Part shown: positions 23,945 through 32,980 of the stretch, in pieces
How the letters are laid out: every line of letters begins with the position of its first letter
How positions within the stretch are numbered: position 1 is the stretch's first letter
Sequence record: ON287376.1
Length of the DNA stretch: 64,000 bases
Strand: one strand, 5' to 3'
Notes under the pieces: generated by a model
Database searches by the model: none
Told to the model about the DNA's origin: nothing
Seen by the model: only the letters and a program-made list of their open reading frames with translations
Made by a program: the position numbers and the translations under genes

Positions 23945-24955
23945 ATGTCCTCAGCCTATCGTGCGTTGGATTCTAAAAGACCGCGCCTTTCTGGTCAGAC
24001 TTTAGTTGACCTGAGTGACCTGGTAAAACGACGTCAACACACGGCCGTAGGAGAGGGTGATTCCTTCGGTAATAACGTAGGGTCGGTGTTAACTTCACTG
24101 ACCTATATCGTTGACGGCCTGATGATATTCAGGAAAGTCGCCCCAGTCCTCTCAAAGCAGCGAGTGTTACTTTCTGAACTAACTGAACTTTTACAGTTTG
24201 TCAGAACCACTCGCCGTTTAACTGGAATTGAGTCTAACCCAGAACTACGGTCTTTAATCGATTCGCTGAATGTACATCGCACTTACTTCTTTGAAGGCAT
24301 CTGCGATAACTCAGCGACAGTTAAACCCTACCTTGATGCAGTTCTCTCAATGACCCGGTTAATCCCGGTTCTGAGCGATTGCAATAATTCGCTCTCAGCA
24401 GCCCTCATTTATCCTTTCATCGATGACTCAGATGAAGTTCTAGGTAATGCCTTAGAGACGCTTAAAAACGTTTCTGAGAACGCCTACAACGTTAATTACG
24501 AGTCGAGTGGCCCTAACCTATTCAAACTAGGTAAGACCCTTCCTGAGTTATGGGAAGAGGAACTGGTCAATACTCCATCGATCGAAATCTCGTGGGCTAA
24601 CGAGAAACCCAACTTAGGGATCGTTGATCAACTCTTTAACCAGATCGGATCAGCTCCGCTGGAATCTGCGATAAGATCACTAAGTCAAGTCAGATCCCTC
24701 TACACGGTTCGCCCTGTGAACGAGGAGATTAAAAACGTGCTCTCTAAAGAGTACGGTAAACTGGCTTTGTCATGGGAAGCGATTGCAGATCGCGTACAGA
24801 TTCTCTTGTACGTGGTATTGGGGATGTCTAACATCCTGGAGAAATCGGTAGAAGTGTCTGGCGTTTATTTGTTCCATCAGTTTGAAGAAGACGAGCCCAT
24901 GTTAAACCTGGTTACTGCAAGGTGCGAACACCTTTTAGGAAACAAGAATGGATGA
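23945..24955 (+). CDS. Hypothetical protein (336 aa), probable virion component
   Basis: AAGGA RBS; within the head-protein operon. Confidence 0.65.
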   Translation: MSSAYRALDSKRPRLSGQTLVDLSDLVKRRQHTAVGEGDSFGNNVGSVLTSLTYIVDGLMIFRKVAPVLSKQRVLLSELTELLQFVRTTRRLTGIESNPELRSLIDSLNVHRTYFFEGICDNSATVKPYLDAVLSMTRLIPVLSDCNNSLSAALIYPFIDDSDEVLGNALETLKNVSENAYNVNYESSGPNLFKLGKTLPELWEEELVNTPSIEISWANEKPNLGIVDQLFNQIGSAPLESAIRSLSQVRSLYTVRPVNEEIKNVLSKEYGKLALSWEAIADRVQILLYVVLGMSNILEKSVEVSGVYLFHQFEEDEPMLNLVTARCEHLLGNKNG

Positions 24956-26165
24956 GATAGTAAAGTCCGTTCCGGGTATCTTTAGCTTCATCGGTAGCGA
25001 CGGTCGTGATTTGCGCGATCTCGCTATGGAACTCAATGACTCCTGGTCGATGTACATCGTTAAACGTAACGGTGACAACGCTCGGTTGTCTGAGTTAGAA
25101 AAGACCCTGGAAAAAATTAAACGTGAAGGTGCCGACCGCCAGAGCATGACCGCCCTTGAGTCCATGTCTGACTTTGGCCCACTGAACCCGCGTTACCCGC
25201 TCTCTAGTTACACGCTGAAACCGTCTATGACTAACTCCAACGTTGCAGTTGAAGAAGTCAGTAGCCGTATCGTGGATGTTGTTAAGTCCATGATTAAGAA
25301 CTTAGTGGAGTTTATCCGCAAAGCGCTTAAGATGATTAAAGAGCACCTGCCTAAGTTCATGAACCGTCGTAAGCAGCAAGCTGAGAAAGTGACTGAACGC
25401 ATGGCGGAAGAAAAGCCAACTGACTTCGTGGCTAAAAACGAAGGCGAAGAAAACGATCAGCTCAAAGAGTTGGCTGGTAAGGTAGAAGGTGAGTTTAATC
25501 AGTTACTGAGTCACTTAACTGATTCTGCGGATCGGATGGTTGTTGAGTATAAACGTACTACCGATTCGTTCCACGGCTACCTGGTTGATGCAATTGATGA
25601 ACTGAGTGACATTACCCAGATCATCGAATCACTGCAAGCCAACCGCAATGTTACTGAAAAGCAAATTGCCGACGTCCCTGAAAAGATCGCGTACCAGATC
25701 AATGAGATCAACCGTTTCTCTTCTTACCTCGGTACCAAAGTCGAAGATAACCGCGAAGCGATGCGCGCTATCCGCGACTGGATCAGTACAGCAGAAGAAA
25801 AGAGTGAACGTCTTGACGCTTACGACTTCGATCGTATCAAGCGAATGATGCATCACTTGGAAGAACTGCTGACTAACGATAAAGGCGCACTGTTCTACAG
25901 CGACCGTACCGTTAGTGCGTTGAAAGAACTTGGCGATCGTCTCGAAGATTCCGCTAGCAAGATGAACGATGCAGCTGACCGGATGCATCCTGATGCCAAC
26001 AGCGATTGGCCGGATGTCCGTAAGCTGATCAACAGCGTTGCCGGGATTAACGAACTGCACACTCGTGTTATTCGTTTCTTCGAGTTCGGCGATACCTTCT
26101 ACAACCAAGGCTATCGTTTCTACGTTACCTTGGATGGCTGGTTGGCAAAAGCTGAGAAGAAATAA
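24948..26165 (+). CDS. Putative internal head protein
   Basis: TALE|S and VAVE sites followed by amphipathic helix VVKSMIKNLVEFIRKALKMI, as in the head paralogs. Confidence 0.65.
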   Translation: MDEIVKSVPGIFSFIGSDGRDLRDLAMELNDSWSMYIVKRNGDNARLSELEKTLEKIKREGADRQSMTALESMSDFGPLNPRYPLSSYTLKPSMTNSNVAVEEVSSRIVDVVKSMIKNLVEFIRKALKMIKEHLPKFMNRRKQQAEKVTERMAEEKPTDFVAKNEGEENDQLKELAGKVEGEFNQLLSHLTDSADRMVVEYKRTTDSFHGYLVDAIDELSDITQIIESLQANRNVTEKQIADVPEKIAYQINEINRFSSYLGTKVEDNREAMRAIRDWISTAEEKSERLDAYDFDRIKRMMHHLEELLTNDKGALFYSDRTVSALKELGDRLEDSASKMNDAADRMHPDANSDWPDVRKLINSVAGINELHTRVIRFFEFGDTFYNQGYRFYVTLDGWLAKAEKK

Positions 26166-26203
26166 ACATAGGCCAGAGGACCAAACGGTCCTCTGGCTAT
26201 GTT
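26165..26203. terminator. Bidirectional terminator with ACATAG/TATGTT flanks
   Basis: AACATAG-GCCAGAGGACC-AAAC-GGTCCTCTGGC-TATGTT. Confidence 0.85.
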
Positions 26204-26205
26204 GT

Positions 26206-29103
26206 TTAGTTGTAACGACGACCAGTGTGGTCACGCCAGTCAATCGCGATATCTTCACGAACCTGATAAGTACCGTCACCTGCGTATTCCAGCAAACGAC
26301 GAACTGTAGGCTGTACCGATTGGTCTACTGCAGTGAAGGTGTTAACCTCACGACCATTGCTCATGATGGTCATCTCAAAGCCACGAACGTTCTCATCACG
26401 TTGATCCTTAAACGCAGAGATGATATTCATGGTAGAGACAGTCTCTTTACGAAGCTCGGTGTTGATGATACGACTGATCGACTTACGTAACTCTTCACGA
26501 TACTTGGTATCACGCCAAGCAATATCGGTAAGGAGTACCTTGGTTTTGAACGACAGAGAACCAGAGATGAATTGGCTCTGACCATCATCCACGATAACTT
26601 CCACTGAACCCAAACTCTGTTTAGGGAAGAACGAGATGTTGGTTTGTTCCAGACGACCACGAGCAACTTCATTCAACCGAGGTAGGATGTCGTTAACTAC
26701 GCTATTAGGTAAGAATGCAGCATCTGATTTCTCAGAGGCACCGTCAGCGTAGTAGTAGTTACCGTCCATGACAAAGATATCGATAAGACGAATAGTCGGA
26801 CGAGCAGAAACCGGAACAGGCTGACCATTAGCATCCAGGACTGGATCCCCTGCTTTGAACTTGATGACTTGTTGGCCATCTTTATCCAATACAGGATCAC
26901 CGGCTTTGTGCTGCAGGATCAGTTTGAATTCACCGTTAACGATTTCGTACTTAGCCGTACCGTCAGGATTCATTTCAGGAACGTCTTCATCGTAGAACTG
27001 ATAAACGTTAGTGGCGTAGGTTTGATAAACGTAGCTACCTGCCAGAACACGGGAACCAGCCCAGAGGTTATCCAGGGATTTACCCAGCTCCAGAGTAACA
27101 CGTTCTTCCATTAACCCAACCGGATCCTTACCTACCAGGAACTTACCTACAATCAGATCAATAGCGGTCTGCTGTAAACCAGGAGGAGAGTAATCCGTCA
27201 CCACGTTAATCAGAGTGAACTCCTGTTCCAGCGGAAGTGGAAACTCACGTGGCGTTGCTTCGTACATCGCAAAGTTAGTAACAATGAGACGATCTTCACG
27301 GTCAATGTCGAAGTCAGTTTTGATCTCGAATGTCCAGATGACGTCTTTGTTAATAACTCCAGCGTAAGTACCGTTCAGATAAGCGTAGTCGGACTCACCT
27401 GGTGGAACGAATGCCAACTGCAGATAACGGTTAGCCGGATCGATAGCCAAGTATTTATCATCGACTGTAGTTTTAACAGTCAGACGATAACCGCCATCGA
27501 AACGAGTGATAGCGAACTCTTTCGTCGTGAGACTAATACCGGCACTAGCATTATCGCGAATAAAGCTACGGCGAATGATAGACGGGTTAGCCAAATAATA
27601 CGGACGCAGAGCGAAGTTGTTGTTCGTTGCATCCAGAACGTAGTGGAACGGAGAGTAAACGTAACTACCGCCATTCACTGCGTTGATCAACGACTCTGGA
27701 GTTTTGTTAATAACTTCAGGCCGCGCATTATCAGCTACAGTTTTCAGCACGCCATTCTCGAAGGAATAAAGAACCCTCGGAGACAACGTTATGCGATCAC
27801 CGTTATCGTAGACACCCTGCAAACCAGCCAGCTCAGTCATTGAGGTCTGAAGCGTACTGATCGCAGTTGCAATACCGGAAGAGAACGGAGAGTTATCTGG
27901 AACAGCCATGGAGGACGTTGCCAGGTACAGACGTTCGGTGATGTCATCGCGAGACTTCAGAATATCGAAGCCCGCCCGGTTCAGTTTCGCTTCAATCTGC
28001 GCAGGGGTGATTGGGATACTGATCTTCGTTGCGTTATTGATAACACGCTCACGTTGCTCTTCAAACGTCAATCCGTTCATACCGCCACGGATGGTATCAT
28101 CAGAGACAAAGACGTAAGAGAGGTTAGGTACCGCCGCAGAATAACCGTTGAGGGACGGGACATCCATATCGTCCCCCCAAATCACACCGAATGTCTCAGA
28201 AGCAAAGTTACTGAGATCCTGAACGATGTCGCCTTTGGTACTGTAAACGTCAACGCGCAACGTACCGGTGATTGAACGGTTAGTCAGATAGATCGGAGGG
28301 ATAGTCAAGTTAATGAAACCTTCCGCTACCTGGAGAATTGCCGTCGGGTTGTTTTCATCGTAGACTTGCAGGGAGTGGGTAGTAGACATTTCTGTCCAGT
28401 TACCTTCCTGGCCGAAGAAACAACGCGTGTAGAAGTATTGGTCGTTGAACGGAATAGCAAAGCGAGTCCGAACATCCATTACTTGTTCCAGCGTCACCGA
28501 ACGCTCCAGCTGATAAACCGGAATGTAGATCAACATGTACTTCGTACCCTGAGGGTCGTTGATCATTTCCCACTTCAGCATGTTATCGGTCAGCGTCTGA
28601 ATCGGGGAAGTTGCATCGGTGTTGTAGGATACCTGAATACCACCGTGCGGCAACTGACGAATCTCCAACGGGTAGAGTAAAGTCAGCGGAGTTCCGCTTG
28701 GGGTGATCTGAGTATAACGAGGAATGATCACTCGCTTAACCTCAGTATTCGGAATAACCTTCATCGCACGAATAACTTCGTCGTATGCAACGTAGTACAT
28801 CAGAGTTACTTTACCAGGACTACCGAAACGTTCCAGGTAATCTGCATCTGACATATGGCCGTACAAGTCAGAAAAGTTGTTGGCGAGTAAAGGATAGTGC
28901 CGGCGGTCGTTAGCCAAAGAAACGTTGATGTGCTCAACTGCTTGCGTGGCACTGACTTCAAGTAAGTGGACAACCGGAGAGTTAACGTCAGTCAAGACGT
29001 CCCCGTCCAACTTACTGGCTAAGAACTCCAAGCCAACTCGTTGAAAGGAAGCTGGGTTCCAGGGCGCTGCCCGGAGCTTAGCTTCTAAATCGTAATCAGC
29101 CAT
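26206..29103 (-). CDS. Baseplate wedge protein (baseplate-J/T4 gp6-like; phiKZ gp87-like)
   Basis: 965 aa; IRGGMNGLTFEEQRERV...ITPAQ resembles the baseplate-J GGxDxE...R motif; synteny. Confidence 0.65.
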   Translation of the reverse strand: MADYDLEAKLRAAPWNPASFQRVGLEFLASKLDGDVLTDVNSPVVHLLEVSATQAVEHINVSLANDRRHYPLLANNFSDLYGHMSDADYLERFGSPGKVTLMYYVAYDEVIRAMKVIPNTEVKRVIIPRYTQITPSGTPLTLLYPLEIRQLPHGGIQVSYNTDATSPIQTLTDNMLKWEMINDPQGTKYMLIYIPVYQLERSVTLEQVMDVRTRFAIPFNDQYFYTRCFFGQEGNWTEMSTTHSLQVYDENNPTAILQVAEGFINLTIPPIYLTNRSITGTLRVDVYSTKGDIVQDLSNFASETFGVIWGDDMDVPSLNGYSAAVPNLSYVFVSDDTIRGGMNGLTFEEQRERVINNATKISIPITPAQIEAKLNRAGFDILKSRDDITERLYLATSSMAVPDNSPFSSGIATAISTLQTSMTELAGLQGVYDNGDRITLSPRVLYSFENGVLKTVADNARPEVINKTPESLINAVNGGSYVYSPFHYVLDATNNNFALRPYYLANPSIIRRSFIRDNASAGISLTTKEFAITRFDGGYRLTVKTTVDDKYLAIDPANRYLQLAFVPPGESDYAYLNGTYAGVINKDVIWTFEIKTDFDIDREDRLIVTNFAMYEATPREFPLPLEQEFTLINVVTDYSPPGLQQTAIDLIVGKFLVGKDPVGLMEERVTLELGKSLDNLWAGSRVLAGSYVYQTYATNVYQFYDEDVPEMNPDGTAKYEIVNGEFKLILQHKAGDPVLDKDGQQVIKFKAGDPVLDANGQPVPVSARPTIRLIDIFVMDGNYYYADGASEKSDAAFLPNSVVNDILPRLNEVARGRLEQTNISFFPKQSLGSVEVIVDDGQSQFISGSLSFKTKVLLTDIAWRDTKYREELRKSISRIINTELRKETVSTMNIISAFKDQRDENVRGFEMTIMSNGREVNTFTAVDQSVQPTVRRLLEYAGDGTYQVREDIAIDWRDHTGRRYN

Positions 29104-30256
29104 TATTTTTTCCTAAGTCGATAATAGATTGATCGTAACCAAAACCTGCCAGTGGATCAGGTGGCATTTCTTCGTAGTGGTACAGAGGAACTGCAGACCC
29201 TACTCCACGTAGACGCTCGTAAACATCCTTCTCAATGAACCAGCATAATTCGTAAGTACAAGGGTGAATCAGCGGATACGAGTAGAAGTTACAGAGGTCA
29301 CGTTGTTCTGGAGTAACACGATAATAGTTGTTACTCTTAACCCGAATCTCTTCACGCGTTAACCGTGTTTTGTTAACGATTTCCAAGTCCGGATTAAATA
29401 GAGCAGTCGTTGTGTTGAATGCTTCAATCAACAACGGGTCATTATAGATAGCCCCGACGCTGTTAAATTGTACGGTCACTGTATCATTGCTGCGATCGTA
29501 GTTATCGTCGTTATCGAAGTTGAATGTACCGCCCTGAGGGTTAGTACTAGGGAACGAATAACCAGTCCCGGCTATCTGCTGAACAAAGCGACGAGTTGGG
29601 TCGAGAATTAAGCGATAAACTCGGCAGGTATAATCGATACAGTTACGATAACGATTTCGTGGCCATGGAACCATTTTCTTAGTACGGATGTTTTCCATGT
29701 AAGATTCCCAAACATCGAATAAACGAATGAATGGGTTACCGTCCATGTTAGTAAACGATGCCGTTAACTGAAAAGCTCCGCGAATACGATACGGGCCATC
29801 TGCCATAGTCCACTGCTCACCCAAAATACCTTCAGGTGACGTATAAGTACCAACGGCGTTATCAGGGAAACCAGACAGTGATTTCAGGCCGTTAGTCAGG
29901 ATACTAATAAATGCAGCCTTAGGATTGACGAGAGGAGTCGAATAACCAAAAGCCGGGTCGACACTACCATTAGGGTCTAAATACGCTCTAATGGCCGATG
30001 GGATCGTAATTGGGTCACTACTGATCAACGGAGTCAGGTGTCTATCTTGTGTAACATTATCGCGATGTAGGTTAAGGTCAGGCTTTGTAAAGAATGTCAG
30101 ACCAACCTGGTCTTTATTCGCCGCAACTACCGCACCGCGAGCACGATAATTATAACCAAAAAAGTTTTCGTAGACCTGACCGTACTTGGAACCAAGCCCG
30201 CCAGCCCTGAAAACCATATCTAGATTTTTACGAAGCGTATCGTCGTAAGACGCCAT
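29096..30256 (-). CDS. Tail-tube-fold baseplate protein (phiKZ gp88-like)
   Basis: FFTKPDLNL; FQLTASFTNMDG..IRLFDVWESYM; IDYTCRVYRLILD pattern of tube/tube-initiator folds. Confidence 0.6.
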   Translation of the reverse strand: MASYDDTLRKNLDMVFRAGGLGSKYGQVYENFFGYNYRARGAVVAANKDQVGLTFFTKPDLNLHRDNVTQDRHLTPLISSDPITIPSAIRAYLDPNGSVDPAFGYSTPLVNPKAAFISILTNGLKSLSGFPDNAVGTYTSPEGILGEQWTMADGPYRIRGAFQLTASFTNMDGNPFIRLFDVWESYMENIRTKKMVPWPRNRYRNCIDYTCRVYRLILDPTRRFVQQIAGTGYSFPSTNPQGGTFNFDNDDNYDRSNDTVTVQFNSVGAIYNDPLLIEAFNTTTALFNPDLEIVNKTRLTREEIRVKSNNYYRVTPEQRDLCNFYSYPLIHPCTYELCWFIEKDVYERLRGVGSAVPLYHYEEMPPDPLAGFGYDQSIIDLGKNNG

Positions 30257-30284
30257 TTTAAAAAACTCCTATAGAGGAAGCGAA

Positions 30285-31502
30285 ATGAAATTATCACTGA
30301 ACTTGCCGTTGACGCCTATGGATGTTGTAGGCGGGTTGAAGACAGGCGTAATCCCAGAAGCGATAGCATTGTCTACTGCTGCCAAAGTTGGCGCAAAGGT
30401 CGGCGGTGCAATCGTAGATAACTTTAAGGGTTCTGCTAGCGATATCTCGCAAGCTCGCGCACTGATGGCGGACTCCCTGATCGATTACGCTCAACCTACC
30501 CGTGTCGAACCACTGACCTTGGTAGATGCTGCTCTCTACCAGCAACCGTACATGGAAGATATTCTGCAATCTCTGCTGAACGTCTTCGCAGGCTACTACA
30601 CTCAAGCTATTGCGCTGAGCGCAGAAGTCGCTGGCGTTACTGTACTGAAACGCCTGGAACAATTTAACCCGCGCCGTGATCCGCGCAACTCTCTGGCTGA
30701 ATATGCGTTCGGTGCAATCACCAGCGTATCAACTGAATCGGCTCCGGCTGTTTCCAACGAAGCTTTCCGTTTCGGCCTGCCTGCACTGGAAAGTGAAGGT
30801 GGTCCAGGTAAGAAACCTTCTACCGTTGAACTGGCCAACCGTGAGACGCTGAACTCCCTGCGGGAAAACAGCAACCTGGCTGTTGGTAAGATGATCGAAG
30901 TTTCGGTCATTGTTGACGATAAGACCTTTAAGGTACCTGTCAACGTTCGGTTACATACCATCCCGGTTCCTTCGGTCGCCATGACCAACATTCTGACTGC
31001 CGGCGCACAAAACCGCAGCACCAAAGAACGTTACTACGAGATGAAAGCAGGTAACTTGCGTTTCCTGAAAGATTTCATCGGCGTGGGCGATCTGTTGGAT
31101 GCACACCGTAAGAAGATCCTGAAAGATCCTACCGGTCTGTACCTGAAGTCTTTGAACGACAAGCGCAACAACACCATTTCCGGTTTCCTGTCTGGTCGTC
31201 CGTCTGTAGCCCAGGCGTCCCAGATTAACGTGATCACTGAAGAGACGGCAATCGCCATCGAACGTGAATTGGGTATTAAACTGAATACCTCTCGCGGCCG
31301 CAGTATCATGGAAGACAACAGCTCTCAGATGCTCCTGGTCGTAGTTGATCGTGACTACAATCAAGTAACCATCTACCACCGCGGCGTTCCTGGCGCTACT
31401 GTTATGTCAGTGGATTCCATGAAAAACGCCGGTAAAGGTAATGGCCCTGACGTCATGAAGCTGTTTGAAATGTACAAGCAGACTAAAGCCCCTACTTTCT
31501 AA
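30285..31502 (+). CDS. Internal head protein (phiKZ gp89-like)
   Basis: GAGG RBS; internal VSTE|S, VSNE|A, PALE|S site cluster; synteny. Confidence 0.65.
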   Translation: MKLSLNLPLTPMDVVGGLKTGVIPEAIALSTAAKVGAKVGGAIVDNFKGSASDISQARALMADSLIDYAQPTRVEPLTLVDAALYQQPYMEDILQSLLNVFAGYYTQAIALSAEVAGVTVLKRLEQFNPRRDPRNSLAEYAFGAITSVSTESAPAVSNEAFRFGLPALESEGGPGKKPSTVELANRETLNSLRENSNLAVGKMIEVSVIVDDKTFKVPVNVRLHTIPVPSVAMTNILTAGAQNRSTKERYYEMKAGNLRFLKDFIGVGDLLDAHRKKILKDPTGLYLKSLNDKRNNTISGFLSGRPSVAQASQINVITEETAIAIERELGIKLNTSRGRSIMEDNSSQMLLVVVDRDYNQVTIYHRGVPGATVMSVDSMKNAGKGNGPDVMKLFEMYKQTKAPTF

Positions 31503-31513
31503 AGGAACCGAAA

Positions 31514-32428
31514 ATGAAATTAAGTGGATTCTTCAAATCGTTGGTTCCTAACTTCGAGCGCTCTCGTGTACTCGATGAACTGGAACTGGCTCGTCGTCAA
31601 CTGATAGAGGAAACTCTGCCGGTATTCAAAGACACTGCTGAACAGAAAGTCTTCCCAGGCCCGAACCCATTCAAGTCTGCCCAGGTTAAGCGCATCAACT
31701 CCGTATTCATGCGCGAAGCAAACACGCGCATCAACATGGTCGAAGCGTTGGCTCGCATCCTGAGCTCAATGGCTGAAGGGATGCCTGAACTGGAAACTTA
31801 CGTTGAGAACTCTTTCAAGAGCAACAGCGTAGTTAAAGCCGGCCTGACTTACAACAAGATCACCCTGATCCGTTTGATTGGTCTGACTGAGTTCTTCTGC
31901 CAATATAGCCGCCGTGTACTCCTGTACATCTACGGTAAAGAAATCCCTGCCGCTTCTCGCGATCAAGCAGGTATGCCAGAACCCTTCACCAAAGGTGAAG
32001 TGAAATGGCTGGAAGATAACCTGGTTAACTTCTCTCGTTGTGCGAAAGTATTCGCTCAGCCAATGCGCCAGATCCTGAACACCCTGGATGCCGTTCCGGA
32101 TATCGTTTACGACCCGGATAAAGAAGCTGATGTTGAAGCTACTATCGGCCAAGCCAAAGTCGACCCGCTGCGTCTGCAGACTGGTTGGGTTCCGGTTGTT
32201 TCCGATCTGATCTGGTGGATTGGTTCTGGTATCGTAGAATACCAGGCTAACCGTTACAATGCAGCCAAAGAAGAAAAGACTGCACTGGAACTCCGTCTGG
32301 CTCAGTTGCGCGGTGCACGTAACGGTAACAACGACGCGGCACAAGACCGTACTATCGAAGTTACCGAGAAACGTCTGCGCGACCTGAACTATAAACTGGT
32401 TAAGTGGGAAAAGGAATACGGCATCTGA
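31514..32428 (+). CDS. Internal head protein (phiKZ gp90-like)
   Basis: AAGGA RBS; 304 aa with C-terminal coiled coil; synteny. Confidence 0.65.
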   Translation: MKLSGFFKSLVPNFERSRVLDELELARRQLIEETLPVFKDTAEQKVFPGPNPFKSAQVKRINSVFMREANTRINMVEALARILSSMAEGMPELETYVENSFKSNSVVKAGLTYNKITLIRLIGLTEFFCQYSRRVLLYIYGKEIPAASRDQAGMPEPFTKGEVKWLEDNLVNFSRCAKVFAQPMRQILNTLDAVPDIVYDPDKEADVEATIGQAKVDPLRLQTGWVPVVSDLIWWIGSGIVEYQANRYNAAKEEKTALELRLAQLRGARNGNNDAAQDRTIEVTEKRLRDLNYKLVKWEKEYGI

Positions 32429-32429
32429 T

Positions 32430-32969
32430 ATGAAGCTGCAATCTTTCCAATATACGCCGATGGGCTTTCGTAGCCCATTATACGGCGAGCAAAAAACTGA
32501 GCCTGTTCCAGACCAACTGATCATGGAGTCTTGGCAACAGATGCTCACGGATCGGGGTGAAGCTACGAACGCTTGGGCTTTTCGCCGTAAAGTCATTAAC
32601 CGCGCATTAGACCGTCTGCGTTATTTCCCGGACTGGTTGGCTGCTCAGGATAACAACACCAAGTTGTCCAAGCAGATGCGTGCGTTTCTCGAAGATACCG
32701 TAACTTACATCAACACGGGCAAACGCCCGATGTCTCTTACGGTTCGGATAGCCTGCTTGGCTACTGAGCGATCGATGGATAACATACCCACGTTTATCCC
32801 GTCGCGCCACACGCCGTCACTGCGTAAAATGCTGACCGTAAAGGCAGAAGATTACATGTGGCACTGGTTGAAGCACGATGGTGGCTTTAACGATATGGTA
32901 TGTACGCTTAACGTACTCTTCGGCGATATCGACGCCGAGGCTTATAGTACACGAAATCTTAGTATCTGA
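32430..32969 (+). CDS. Virion protein (phiKZ gp91-like by synteny)
   Basis: 1-nt spacer from upstream stop; same operon. Confidence 0.6.
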   Translation: MKLQSFQYTPMGFRSPLYGEQKTEPVPDQLIMESWQQMLTDRGEATNAWAFRRKVINRALDRLRYFPDWLAAQDNNTKLSKQMRAFLEDTVTYINTGKRPMSLTVRIACLATERSMDNIPTFIPSRHTPSLRKMLTVKAEDYMWHWLKHDGGFNDMVCTLNVLFGDIDAEAYSTRNLSI

Positions 32970-32980
32970 GGAGTTAATCG

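Noticed and set aside
18975-32596. Other long antisense ORFs (18975..19724, 22187..22954, 25629..26279, 31766..32596)
   Set aside because: Nested opposite well-supported genes with RBSs; no independent signals
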